Assembly (NCBI GenBank): GCA_051294375.1
Contig: CM119270.1
Coordinates: 9,797,530-9,861,529 of the forward strand
Length of the DNA stretch: 64,000 nt
Direction of reading: 5' to 3'
From: Paraspadella gotoi
Lineage: Eukaryota > Animalia > Chaetognatha
The notes under the pieces are model-generated. The model saw only the letters and a program-made list of their open reading frames with translations, had not been told where the DNA came from and searched no databases. Each line of letters begins with the position of its first letter. The stretch's first letter is position 1. Shown piece by piece: positions 40,427-55,253 of the stretch. The translations under genes and the position numbers were made by a program.

Positions 40427-41511
40427 GAGCAGGGAGGGAGGAAGGAGGAAATATGTTTTCAATGGATTCGCGGTCTTTTAACGATTTTTTGAACGATGGG
40501 AACTTTGGGCTTAAATTGAGGTGAGCCTCTCATCCATGGAGTGTGTTGTTGTTGTTGTCGGATGTTGTATTTGTGTTGTCGTTGTTGTTAAAACTCGAAA
40601 ATAATGTTCACGCTCTTCGTATTTCTTTATATATTCCTCGATTAATAACTTCGAACTCTCTCCTTTCTTTTAATCCACGTAATTTCTCAAAACTAGTAAA
40701 TAGTCGTTTTTTCAAAAACGCGAACGAGCCTTTTTACAGAGATTATTTTCCGGTAGTATTGTAAGAAGAATTTATATCTGCGTTTAACAATTTTACTGTT
40801 ATTGTGTCGTTAAACTTTCTACGTATTGAGGCATAAAAAAAAGTCAAAATGAAAATAAAAAAGGATATTAGCATTAAATATTGCCGCCTATAATCAAAAT
40901 ACGGTTCATTTACGTAAAAAGTTTCTCATAGACATTGTGTTACAGTTAAGTTTTAGTTTTTAAAGAAAAACCAAGTTTAGTTACAAACAAGGGGTTCGTT
41001 TTTGTTTTAAAATAAAAAACCCGTTGTCTGTTAGACGCAAACTTTGTTTTCTCTTTAAAATTTATTTTTCATATTTTGTATGAGACGCAATCTTTTACTT
41101 ACAACCCTGATGGAATGATGACTTTACTCAATGAGCCAAACCGGGCCGGGGTAACAAGATAAAGTGTCATTGCTTGCTAGGCGGCGTGAACGCATAGGAA
41201 ATGCCGAGCTACATTTATAATTTTTAAGTTTTTCTTCGCAGATTTTAAGTTTAAAAAATTCGATTTAAAAAAAGAATTTTAGAAAAAGATCGACATACGG
41301 GCGATAAGAGCCGACAGAATCCGATAACCGCGACAAGGAGCTACTGAGTGAAGAAAGAAGGTGAAAAGTGCCGACAATGCCGATTAGTGAATTCACTGAA
41401 AAAAGAAGTCACCATTTCTTTCGCCCATTTAATCTCAATCAGTAGTCTTAGATTTTCTCCCAGACAAGTCTCTCTCTCTCATCTCTCTCTCTTTACATCT
41501 CTCTCGCCCTC

Positions 41512-41544
<33 letters not shown>

Positions 41545-42442
41545 NNNNNNNNNNNNNNNNNNNNNNNNNGGCACTGGACTTCAGAGCAGCGAGGCTGGAG
41601 GGGAGTGCTTCTTTAAGCATGTCATCTTCAGCATGCTTAGCGAGCCGCTGTGTCTTTCCATCGCCATAATCTCTTTGAGTGGGATTACTAGATTTGTGTA
41701 TGAATGATGATTGTCCTGTTTGACCGTTGGACTGGATGACGGCATCGTGCGATCTGTCGGGATCGCCCCGAGCGTGTGCCGCCTTTCTTACGCGGGATCG
41801 ACAACGCAACCTCGAGGCGTTATCAATTGCGTCGATCCATTCGTTCGATGTTGTCTGGGTCGAAACTCGGAAGTTTCGGCGTTCTTGGTCTGTTTGTAAT
41901 GGCGTTTCCTCTGGGACGGCGTCTAGTCGTCGCTTCCGGTCGCAAGGGCGGGATCTCGGACGACTCGTCGTTTGAATTCACCTTATTTTTGTTGACCTTC
42001 TCCGTGAGGGCGGTCAATTGTTTTTGCATGTCGTCATGTAATTGCATCACGATTTGCGCGAGGGGTCGATGGTCCATGGCGGCGACGTTGGCGGCAACGA
42101 TGCCGACGTCGCGGCGTCGTGGAATGCGTCACTCGGCTGCCTCGGACGAGAGACGTTGCGGTTTGACGGGCATCTTGGGAACTCTTCTTAGTTGACTGGC
42201 GTGGTGGACGAGCGAAAGTCGTTATTCTTTTGGAGCAAAAGCGAGGTAAAGTTTCAGTTTTTGTTTTTTATTTTGTTTTTGATTTTTTTTCGTTTCAAGG
42301 GAGGGAGAAAAATCACGTCGGGCTCACCAGGTGTGGCAGGAGATGATTACGACACAAAGTTTTGATCGAGAATGATTTATTCTCCAACAGTAAAGAATAA
42401 ATAACATTAACAATTTGAGACGCTAAGTCTAAACAATGAGAC

Positions 42443-42521
<79 letters not shown>

Positions 42522-45500
42522 TCGCTTGGTTACAGAAGGTCACGTGTGGTTGATGCCACAATATACAAATTTACAATACTAAGATTTTAAAGCAAGAGAT
42601 ATTTTCGCAAGTGCACTATTTTGTTGAGAGATAGGCGAAATTTGTTTTGCGCTAAGGTAATAATTTTGTTAGTCAGAATTCATTCCGCCAAGTGAAATAA
42701 GAACTCGAAAAGAGATATGTGATGAAGGCCGTCGCAAGCGACGTCCTTGGCGACGAAATCGGTCGTGGAGCCGAAGATGAAGGATCCGGCGAAGGAAACG
42801 GCGCTGAAGATGACGGAGGAGGCGCTGAATTTGATGCAGGAGACGTCGAAGACGGTGCTGTCGGCGCAGAAGACGACGAAGGAGTCGTTATCAGCGGCGT
42901 CGTAAAAGATTTTCTATTTTTTGGAGAAGTCGCGAAAGGCGTTGAAACTTCGTGGATCCGAGTCGAAGAAAGAATAGTTGTCGAATTCGACCGTGGAGTT
43001 GAGAGATCGCAAAAACGACGGCCGCATCAATGAGGGGCGCTAATTGTATGATCGAGATAACCCCATACTCGGAATTCGCGATTAAAAAAATTATGAGAAA
43101 ATTATTAGATTCGTTTCTTGATAAGACATCTATTTTTTGGGGTTCCGCGTACAAACGTTGCATTTAGGAAAAAAACGACTCTTTCCAATATTGTTCAGTT
43201 GTTACTTACAATGTTGATTAACTTTGTACCACAACACAAATTTGGCCTAACGAAGGATTGGTTAGAAACATCTCCATCCGTTTCTAATGATAAAAGAGTA
43301 CCATTTTGGCAACTTTTAGGAAAAAAAATTATATATGTGTTTTATTCGTTTACAACAATTAGTTGAAACAGTACATTCAAAAGGACATACAGTATTTGTC
43401 CATTTTTACTTACGACTTCTGATTTGAATGCCAAGGAAAGTTGAGAAAAATTTTTTACTTTGGAAATCCGTTCTTTCTTATCTTCTTTACCTCTGGGTAA
43501 ATTTATTTGCTTAAATTATTTATAGTTTGCCTATGAATTAATTTTAAAGTTAACAAGTCCAAAAGTTGCAGTTTCAGTCTTTATCATAATTTGTTAAACA
43601 AAAATAAATCAAATTGGTTGAAATTAACAGAAAATATAGCCTATTGAATAAGCTTTTAACACCTACAAAATTTTCAAAAAAACTTTTTTTGTTTAGCCAC
43701 AAATAATTTTTAAAGACAACTTTTAATTTGTGACTTTTTGTGACTTGCATTTATTTTTGATAAAGAGAAAATTTTCAACACATTTATTAATTTTAAAATA
43801 TGAGGTACATACTGACATTGATAAAACAAAAAAAAAACGCATCATTTTATTCCAATGGATACAGCGCTCAGAGACTGTTTTTTCTCAGAATCGACAGATT
43901 TTGCAGAAAAAAATTTCTGCAAAATCTGTCGATTACTAAATTTGCTAGGCAACACATAATTGAAATAAAAACCTCCGTTACCATAATTTCCTTTCTTATA
44001 TTGCATATTTAAAGCTTTTTCTTTGATTTGCTCAAAGTAAACGTAGTGAGAAGGAAGACGAAATGGGAAAAACAAGAAAAAGAGAAGGGGAGAGAATAAA
44101 AGAGAGGGCGAAAGGCAAAAAAAAGAAGGCAAATGGGGAAAAATAGTAAAAACAATAGTAAAGTGAGATAAGAGGGATAAATGGAAAGAAAAAGAGGGGA
44201 AAAGAAAGGAAAGAATGAAGAAGAGAAAAAAGGTGAGAAAAGTGCATGAGTGGCGGAAAAAGGTAGGGGCCGAAAAAATGGTAAGTGACAGGCTGACAGC
44301 GTGAGAAGTAAGGGAGGAAAGAGGAAGAGGAAAATATAAGGTAAGAGAAGAAAAGAGGTGAAGAAAAATAATCTGGAAAAGCGTAGAAAGGAAAAAAAAT
44401 TGTATCAGATAATGTGGCGTCTTGCCTAAAATCTAATGTTTAAGTAAAAGACATGAAGATTCTTATAAGGAATTCGATCTTTAAAAATGATCTGTACCAT
44501 AAAAATTCAAACATACTTATTTCTAAAATTAAGAAGTTAATGAGATTAGATTGACAATCGTTGAAGAAATCATGTCTTACCGTATTTTTAACTCATAGAA
44601 ATTTACATGGGAAGTTCTAAGTGATAAGAAGGAGATGACTTGAGTCTACCGTTTTTTTAAATGAAGAAAGCTTCGTACTAACCAATGAGATCAAGAAATA
44701 TGGTAATTATTGAAGTTCAGATTTCGTTGTCTAAACGACTCTGATTGTACTCGGAGCCTTGGGTAAATTTGAAAGAGAAAAAAAATATTAATTTGATTTG
44801 AATGGAGATTCCACGAGGTGGGTTTCGTAGTTTTTTTCTGTAGAAAATGTTTATTATTTTCTATGCCTCGAGGGTCGCGCATTCGATTCGTTGGCCGTTG
44901 GTTGAACTGGCTTTAACATGGAACAAGGATTTATAGATCTCAAATGACGTAAATGTCGAATAAATGACGAATAAATCGTGAATAAGTTTATTTATTGTAG
45001 AGAATAATTTAATGGCGAAATTAATGAAGTATGGTGGACTAAAATCCACCAACCGTTCATCAGGAGGCAAGTCATTCGCTTCCCAACCCAAAGGTCCGGG
45101 GTTCTAGCCTGGTGGTCGCCTTGCAGTTAAGAGGGACGGCGCGCTTAGCCCGGCTGCAACGCGGTGTTTCAGCCTGATTCGAAGCTCAAGGACTGCCTAT
45201 ATTGAACGGTTCTGTCATTAACTCATAACAATTATTACTGTCTCTTCAGAATTACAATAAATTGGTGTAGAAAATCCTTGAATTCCGTAAAAACTACGGT
45301 TCCATACGGCCGATTTTTTCCAGAGAAACAATTATGACGAGGTTTTCGGCTAAAAGAAAGCGACAAGAACTGTGAAAAGACTGGTCTGAAAAGGTCAACT
45401 AAATAACCAGGGAAAAAGGACTGGACGCGAGGCCACAAAATCTTTTATTTGTATATTTATATCCTTTCCAAAAAAATAGTTACTAAATATTACTGTTGAG

Positions 45501-48500
45501 ATAAGACAGTGCAGATTTTAATTTATTTGCCAATATTTCAATTTATATTGAGAATTTATTTGTCCTTTAATCTCATTTGCATATTAGAGTGCGGTAAAAT
45601 TATTAGTCGGATCTGCTTTCAACAGATCCCAACTCTATAATTTACTTTGTCGGTCCGTCGGTCCGCCCCTCAATATTGTCGGGCACTCACTTATATCATG
45701 TCAGAACATCGAATTATGATAAATTATGTAAAAAAAACGATGTCCCTCCGTCCGTCCGTCCGTCCGTCCGTCCGTCCATCCGTCCGTCCCACCTTAGCAA
45801 AAAACAGCAATTACTCGTGATTGGATGGATGGATTAGAATAAAATTGTGTGTGGGTAGGAAAGGGTGTGATTGAGCTGGATATGAAGTTTCAATGGAATT
45901 GTCCGAGTGGAAATGAGTTTAAATGGAAAAAACAAAAAAATATATTTCACTATTTGAACTCCAATTACTCATAAATGAATGGGGCGATTGACTTGAAATT
46001 TTTTATTTGGGTAGAAAAGTGTGTGATTAAACTGGAAATCAAGTTTCGATAGAATCGTTTGAGTGGAAATGAGTTTAAATGGAAAAAACAAAGAACCTGT
46101 TTCACTAATTGATTATGCTTCTTTTTCTTTTTATTTTAAATGTAAATGCAAGATGTATAAATTAATCAAATAATAATAATAATCAGTTAATTAATCAATT
46201 AGTCAATTAATTAATAAATAATTAATTAATCCGTCAATTAATCAATCAAAACAAACATTTCGGATCAAATTGCCTAATTAATTAAATAATTAACTTGAAT
46301 TAATTAATTATTAATTAATTAAATAATTAATAATTAATTACCGATAATGATCGTGGGCAGATCCGACATTGTTTGTTAAAACTTGTTAAACGTAAATATT
46401 CAATAATGCGCTTTAATTTAAAGAAAAATTTACTTCATATACTTATTTAAGTACATGGAAAGTACAGGAATCACAGACAGGCAAGGCCAACTCTGAACTC
46501 GATCCGGCCTAGTAATCATTGATGTATTAGAGCGTATGTATTAGATGTATGTATTAGATGTATACATCGAGAAATACATTATAGTCATCAGTAATCACAA
46601 AATAAATAAGTTTTTATTTATATAATATATAAACATTCTGTTTTTAATATTTTTTTTTAAATCGGTAAATAACAAAATTGTCAAGTTAAATGGGTAAGCA
46701 CATTTTTTAAAGATTTGTTTCTCAATCTGGTTGTTAAAAAATTCTAGGTAAGAAGTTAAAACACGGTAAGAGATAATTTAGAAGGGGAGAATTAAACAAT
46801 TATTTTTGTTACTCTGTTGGTTTTCCAGTCATGAACAAAATCTTCACTTCAGTTAAATAGATGGTAAAGAAATTGAATACACTGAATTTGAAGAGTTGCA
46901 GTCTAAACATTGCAATAATATTGATTTAAAAATTTGATTAGCAATTCTTAAAAAACATTTGTAAAAATGTAATAGAGAGACATTTTGATAAACGCGTTCC
47001 AGTTAGGGATTCGGGGTTAAAGTTTAAAAATGTTTCATTTTCAAAGATACAAATTGAAATTTAATAAGGTCTCTCTATTACATTTTTCTAATTCAGTAAT
47101 TAAAAATTCATAAAAAATATCAGATGGATTGGCTTTTTCGTTTGACCTGCAACTCTTCAGATAGGTTTCTTTTATTGTATAATGCATCAAATGTTTTAAG
47201 TGAATACATTTTCGGAATCGCCAGGAGCTCAGCTTTCTGAATTTGTACTTTTGAAGTTGATTTGAATGACCCTTTTTCTTAAGGAACCCTACGATTAAAC
47301 TGAAAACATGATCTGTCAATGCACCACATATAAAAATTTTATATCATATTGTGCGAACAATCTTAACTCCTCCTCCTCCTCCTCCTCCTACACCTGATTG
47401 GAGATGAGCGTCGTGACGGCGTTGAAGAACGAGTCCATCTTCTCTGATTTGATGGACTTGAACTTTGTCTTGTCGGCGAAGACGTTGATGATCTTCGGAT
47501 ACCAAGAGTGCATGAGACGCTCCTCCGTTTTCTCCAGGTCGCCGATGATGCGCTCGTGGAGAATGTCGAACTCCATGGGGCCTTGGACGGCGTAGGTCTG
47601 GATGTCGAAGAGGACCATCGTGCCTGGGAGGCGGTAAACAGGGAGCGCGGGTTTCTTTTTATTGAGTGTGATCTTTGAGGTGAAAGCAACCTCGTGCAGA
47701 GGGACAATAAAGATTAAAGAGTTTAGGAAAAATTGTTGGTAATTTTGAAAAAAAAGAACTTTGTGGTTCTTGTTTTTTGATTAAATTGACATTTACCGGA
47801 CGACATGGTTTTTCCTTATCCCATAACCCTAAAGGCAATTTGCAAATTTTGTGGGTTCATGGAAAAACTGTGGACTATCCTGTCACTTCTTCTCTCCTTG
47901 CCCACTTCCCCTTCTCTCCTAAAACACCCTTCCTCACCGAGCGTGTTCTGACACATGTTGAGCACCAGCGGCATCGACGGGTGGAGGATGTGAAGGTTCC
48001 TCTTGATCTCCTCCCGCGCGGCCAGGAACTTGTCGTGCCAGGGCGAGCTGAAGTCGAGACCCTTGGGCTCCACCGGCGGAGGCTCGAAGTCGTCGTCCTC
48101 CAGGACCCTTGACGTCGGGTTTGATAAGTGCCAGTTGAATCATCGACTTCTTCATGCTCTGCTCGTAATCAACTTTGACCTTTTGGGGGCGGGGGGTTTT
48201 GGGTGTGGGGGCACTCGATGAATAAAAAGTAAACGCTACTTTGACGTTAATTTTGATTGATATGCTTGTAATAACTTTGACCTAACGATTAAAACGAAAT
48301 CACTGAACAATTGCGAACCAATCTAAAAAATCTTAAAAGCAATGTTTTTGATGATAACCAAATATTGATGCGATGATAACCAAATATTGATGAGATGATA
48401 ACCAAATATTGATGCGATGATAACCAAATATTGATGCGATGATAACCAAAGGATTGATGCGATGATAACCAAATGATGGATGCGATGATAATCATTCATT

Positions 48501-48681
48501 GATGCGATGATAATCATTCATTGATGTGATGATAGTACTTCATTGATCGGATGATAATCATTCATTGATGTGATGATAATCATTCATTGATGTGATGATA
48601 GTACCTCATTGATCGGATGATAATCATTCATTGATGCGATGCTAGTCATTCATTGACGCGATGAGTTAATTAGAGAGAGAG

Positions 48682-48737
<56 letters not shown>

Positions 48738-50580
48738 AGAGAGAATAATAAAATAATAATAAAAGTTTTTAGAAGGAAAAAAATAAAAATCCACGAAAAT
48801 ATCGAAAATAAATTTGGGATTTTGTATTAAGAAAAAAGTGTCGTGATAAAAATAAAATTATTTTATTAGAGTGTGATTAGCATCAATTAACTTTTTTTTT
48901 TCAATTGAAATAAGACTGAAGTCTTTTGTTCATCTAGTTCAAAATGAGGTTGAAAACCTTATTTTTTTTGCATATTATTGAAAATGAATGAGATTGATAT
49001 TGATTGTATGAAATGAAAACTCGTTGCTATAAATCTAAACTATTTTCAATAAGAATGGTCAAACAATTTTAATCTCTATTAACAAAATATATAGTTGATA
49101 ATAATCAGTTAACGACTTTGATATTTTTGACTTCCAAATATTTTTTTTACTTATTCAAATAAATTTTATTTCCTCATCTTAAAAATTTTAATCTTGAATG
49201 AAATTTTAGATTGTTATATTTTTATATTATATGAAATTGGTACAACCATTATAAAAATTATCCATCCATTTAATAAATAAGCTATCTTGTCCCTGACTTT
49301 GACAGGCTTTGGTGGTTAAAGGCCTCCATCACACTTGCAAGATAATAACATAACAGGTTTCTGCAAGCTTTTAATCAAGCCTCTCTCACAGACTTGTTTA
49401 TTCACTCCCAGTGAACCCGGCTTCCCTATCAATGAAGTGGTATAATATTTCAAAGATGTTTTCAATTGTATGAAAAGACCGCGCAATTGCCGGATATATA
49501 GCAGGTATCGCCTACTGTCACACAAGTTGATGTACATGTGACATAGCCTGCTTTATAAGTTATTCTTCTCTTTTTCTAAAATGAATCCACAAAAATCTGC
49601 GATGTAAATTGGATTTTGTATGAGAAAAAAAATAAATGGCGATAATAAAAGTTTTTAGAAGGAAAAAAAATATAAGAATTTTTCAAAAAACGAACGATCA
49701 CGCAAGAGATCGACAGAGAAGAGACAGACGCACACAGAGAGAGACTGAGAGAGACTGAGAGAGACTGAGAAACTGAACTCGTTTTTTAACGATCAGAAAA
49801 GGCAGCGCCTAAAAAAAAATATATATATTAAAAAATAAATAAAAGAAAGCAAAAATGTTACAATGTTTACAATTGGAAATTTTTCCAATTTTTTCAATCG
49901 CAGCTTGTAAAAGATTTATTTTATTTGTATTAAAATTAAGATATAGCTTCTCATTAAAAAGTATTGTGAGTTCCCATTTTTATTATGATTTAAAAAATTT
50001 TTGAATTTCATCTTCAATATTAAATACTGCAATATGTAATTAGTAAAGCATTTTTTTATACTAATTTGGATATTATAATGAGTACTATAATCTCATTTGC
50101 ATATTGCAGTAAATCATAATGAAGTGGAAATTCAAACAAAAAATCTTAAAAGCATAAGGATCGAGCCTGCTTTCGATGTGTACTTTTTAGCGATGAATAA
50201 CCAAATATTGAAGCGATGATAACCAATAATTCGATGCGATGATAACAAAATAACTGATGTGATGATAACAAATGATTGATGCGATGATAGTCATTCATTG
50301 ATGGTGATGATAATCATTCATTGATTTGATAATAATCATTCATTGATGCGATAATAATCATTCATTGACGCAATGAATCATTCATCGTAATAAAACAAAC
50401 AAATGCGTGTATGAATGAGAAGAGAGAGAGAGAGAGAGAGAGGCTGGTCAGTTTTCACTCTCGTTTTATAATAAAGAATAATCAGAATTTTTTAAGAAAT
50501 AAATAAATCATTGGCGGATGTAAATTTGGGATTTTGTATTGAGAAAAGAGCGCGGAATAAATGGCGGAATAAATAGAAAG

Positions 50581-50619
<39 letters not shown>

Positions 50620-51648
50620 TAGAGAGAAGCTGGACCGCCGCTGAACTTGTTTTTCGATGAATCTGAGTAGGGACGAACTCTTTTCCTTTCTATAAAATGT
50701 TTTAATCTTGAATGAAATTTTAGATTGTTCTTTTTTTTAAGAAGAAACCAGACCGAGGTCAAATTTCATATTTGCATATTTAACTAATTTATAAATATTT
50801 ATCCCAACTCAAATAATTATTATTTTAAAAAAAAATAAAAATGATTAAATATATACACTAAAAAAAATTTACAAATTTAAAATTGTAAAAATTATCAGAA
50901 TAAAAAAAAGTAATGTTTAATTTGACTATATCTCTCTTCTCAACTCCTATTTTGGATATAATTTGCCAATAGTGGGCCGACCGGTCCAAAGTTACAATAA
51001 TAAACAAAAACAAAAAAAATTATTTTTTTTTAGAAAATTATATATGCAATTAAATTAATCCGCGCAATTGCCGGACATATAGCAGGTATTTGTACAGCAG
51101 CAAGCTGATGTACATGTGACATTGCCTGCATTATAAGTTATTCTTCCCTTTTTCTAAAATGAATCCACGAAAATCTTGGATGTAAATTTGGGATTTTGTA
51201 TTGAAAAAAAAAATGGCGATAATAAGTTTTTAGAAGGAAAGAAATAATAAGAATTTTTCAAAAAACGAACGATTGTACAGAGAGAGAAAGACAGAGAGAG
51301 AGAGAGAAAGAGAAACAGAGAGAGACAAAGCTGGACAGCTGCTGGAAGGCCGCTGTACCGTCACTGCAGAGCATGAACTCGTTGCAGAAAAAGAATTTTT
51401 TATTTATTTTTTTTATTAATACCAAAAACAGTATTGACATAATCGTAAACAGTAATAGTGTAAAAGACTGGAAAACTAAACTATGTATTGAAATTCAATA
51501 AAAACAAAAGACCCTAACATTTAAAAGACTTGAAAACAAGGAAAAACTAAACTACATATTGAAATTCAATAAAAACAAAAAGACACTAACGTTTAAATCA
51601 TTAATAAAAAAATAAAATAAAATAAAATCATTAATAAAAAAGAAAAAG

Positions 51649-51681
<33 letters not shown>

Positions 51682-54600
51682 TAATACCAAAAACAGTATT
51701 GACAAAATCATAAACAGTAATAGTGTAAAAGACTGGAAAACTAAACTATGTATTGAAATTCAATAAAAAACAAAAGACCCTAACATTTAAAAGACTGGAA
51801 AACAAGTAAAACTAAACTACATATTGAAATTCAATAAAAACAAAAGACACTACGTTTTAAAATCATATAAATATGTTATGAAACTAATTCATAAGAAACT
51901 ATAAAAAATAACGTTCAAGAACATTCAAGAAAAGAAAAAGAAAAAAAATCAATATATATATAATTTAAATAAATAAAAGAAAGGCAAAAATATGCTACAA
52001 TTGTTTACAATTGGAAATTTTTCCAATTTTTTCCAATCGCAGCTTGTAAAAGATTTTATTTTTATTTGTATTAAAATTAAGATATAGCTTCTCATTAAAA
52101 AGTTCTTTGAGTTCCCATTTTTATTATAGATTTTAAAAAAAATTTTTGAATTTCATCTTCGATATTATATACTGCAATATGTAAATTAGATTAAAGTATT
52201 TCTATATACTAATTTGGATACTATAATGAGTACTATAATCTCATTTGCATATTGTAGTAAATCAAAGTGAAGTGGAAATTCAAACAAAAAATACTTAAAT
52301 CCAAATGTAATATGAAAATATCACAGCTATTTCAAGATGAGAAGCCATATCTAAATTTTTAACTTACTATGATGGCACACTTTTATAATACTTCATTGTA
52401 ATTCATAATAATTTTTATTTAAAAAAAAACGGTAAGTCCCGGCCAAAACTATAAAAGCGCAGTAGTTTTTATATAAAAACAGCGTGACGCCGACGACGAC
52501 GACGACGACGACTACGTCACAAAGGAGCAAACCTAAAACATTATAGAGCCTGAACCGGCTTTGCCGGTCATGGCTCGATAAAAATTAGTCAGTCAGACAT
52601 CCATAAATCAATCAAGTAGTAAATTGATCAGTCAAACGATAAAACAATCAATCAAAATATCTTCCCATCGATCAATCGATTATCTCTAACGAAGATCTCT
52701 TCTTCCCTCACCTCTTCGAATATCTCGTTAATGTAGTCCCTCATGGCTTTGCTTTTCTTGAGGCGCGCGGGAACCATCTTCAGGATGTTTTCGAACCATT
52801 GGGGTTGGATGGGAGTGATGGGGGCGCTCTGCACGCATTTCTTCATGAACTGATAGTTGACCTGTGAAAAAATAAATCCAGTTTAATATTGTTTTTTTAC
52901 GATTGTCAATCAGGGATCTTTTTAGACTTCTCGCGTTAGATCCTTTATGATCCGTCTCGACAGATTTGATAATTAAATCAATCAATTAACTAAATTATCA
53001 AATTAAAAGCGATTTTAATATAAAAAAAAATTGCCAGAAACTCCAAAATTTGGGCGGTTATCTCCGAGGAGTATCGTAGAAGCGGAGGGATTATTTTCAA
53101 TAAAGTGGAGTTCTGATAGTTAAAGGCGCAAAAAAAAGACACTTCTTTCACACCGAAAAAACTATATTAGATGGATGAATTTTACTGAGATATAGAAAAA
53201 TAAAACAAAGCTTATTAAAAGATAAAGCGATTGGTCCAGGTCCCATTAAAATCGATCAAAGCGTCCAAAAGTTATAGGACGTCAAAGTTGATTGGTACCA
53301 AACATCTGACGAGAATAAATTAATTTTAATCAAGATGAGTCTCAAACTTTTCCTTATTATAATATATTTATAATATGAAATTAGCTGAACAAATTCAGCT
53401 GAACAAATTCAGCATCAAAATATCTGTAAGGATAAGTGTCAACCATTTTCAACCTAAATCAAATTAAAATAAGTAGGGAAACTATATAGAAAAACAATCT
53501 TTTAAAATAAAGAAAAAGCGGTTAAGTGATAACTTATCAAAGGTTAATTTCAAAGCTTTCAAAAGCTTTCAAAGTTTTTTCCTTATGGCATCTCATGTTA
53601 AAGCAGACTAATATAAACTGGTACAATTATATTAAAATTTATTTTTTTATTTTTATCATATATTATATTATAATAGATTGTTTTCAATATTTATTATTAA
53701 ATTGCCACATTTGGCAGCAATTAAAAAATATTTTTATAAAAAAGTAATACAAATTTATTGCCAACCCTTTTATATGTTTAATTCCATTATGATTTTAAAT
53801 AGATTGTAAATATCAGTCAGAAAAAGAAGTGTCATCAATACTAACCTTTGAAAATAACTTTTTCCCAATTCTATTTTGAGACTCCGACTTTAAAGTCTTG
53901 CTTTATTCTACTGATTGAACCGATTCAAATTTTTCTTGCACCAATCGACAGCTCTTAAAAAGAGCTATACTTTTCATATATATTTTCTCAAAATTAAAAA
54001 AGAACTAGTGGTGTATTTCAAGCTACCTAGTATTTTCTTTTTTTTTGCGCCGCATTGTAATAATAAATTTATAGAAAATTTATTTATTCTGCCTCTCAAA
54101 AGCTCCGCTTTATCGTCGTTATACATATTGCATTAGTGAATAGTCCTAAATTCTTGAAAGCCGGAAACGGGATTAAGACGCACCGGATGGGTTTTTGAAA
54201 TCAATTCCCGATATTTCTTTTTAAACAATAACAAAATTGCAAAGACGTCACTAATTACCTTGGCTTGATATTCTTTACTCATCGTATCAGACATACGCAT
54301 TTGCTAAGAACGCGTAAACGAAACCAAAAAAATAAAAGTTTTAATAATGAACGAAATATAAACTAATTAACTTAAAGATATTAACTAAATTACTTAACGC
54401 AAGCAAACAAAATATACGTGAAAAAGCATGTATAAAGAAAATAGAACACAAAATTTTCACTGAGAATGTGGTTGCACTTGCGATTTCACTTTCCAACGAT
54501 AAAAAAAAAAAAAGAAATGGATACCAACTTACTCGCACAGGGTATTTGATTTGGGGCCCCTTTTCGGGGCTCCTGTAATTTTCTTGCATTTCGTTGTATT

Positions 54601-55174
54601 CTCTCAGTGCGCGTTCGTGCCTGAGTCAAAAGTGAAATGAGGTAGTCATTGATTCGTTCACTTCCTATTAAACAATACAAACGCATGATCACTGATTCAA
54701 GTCAATTAGTCTAGCCCAAAATCAATCAATCAAGCTGTCTTATCAATTAAATAAATTAATCTTTTAAACAATCAATCAATTATTATTATACAACAATTTA
54801 CATGATTTCAAGCAGTCTGTTCTGTTTCTCTTTGGCGAGTCTATACGTCATCAGTTTGCTGTTGGCGAATCGATCCTCTCGGAATTTGGCCCCGAGCTGG
54901 GGAATAGGAGGCAGGTTGGGAATCTAAAATGAAAACAGTTAAATAAACTCATAAGAATATATATTTAATTATTTATTATCAACTAATGCGACCCGTGCGT
55001 CTATAAATTCAAAAGGACCAATTCTTAACAATAAAAAAATAGTAAATATAAAAAAAATGAAAAGAAATTTAGAAACGCTCCCAGTCGCGGCAGCAACCCA
55101 AGCGAAACCAAAGAAAACGGGTACGTCTGACTAAGTGATAAATGGAGGAAAAGAAAGCGAACTAAAAGGGAAAG

Positions 55175-55253
<79 letters not shown>

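Noticed and set aside
39269-40524. Long F/S/L-rich or ER-repeat ORFs (also near 7000, 8250, 12050, 19050)
   Set aside because: Translations of (GA)n, (CCTT)n and pyrimidine-rich low-complexity DNA.
48348-48662. CRISPR-like array
   Set aside because: Head-to-tail minisatellite with no unique spacers, in eukaryotic intron context.
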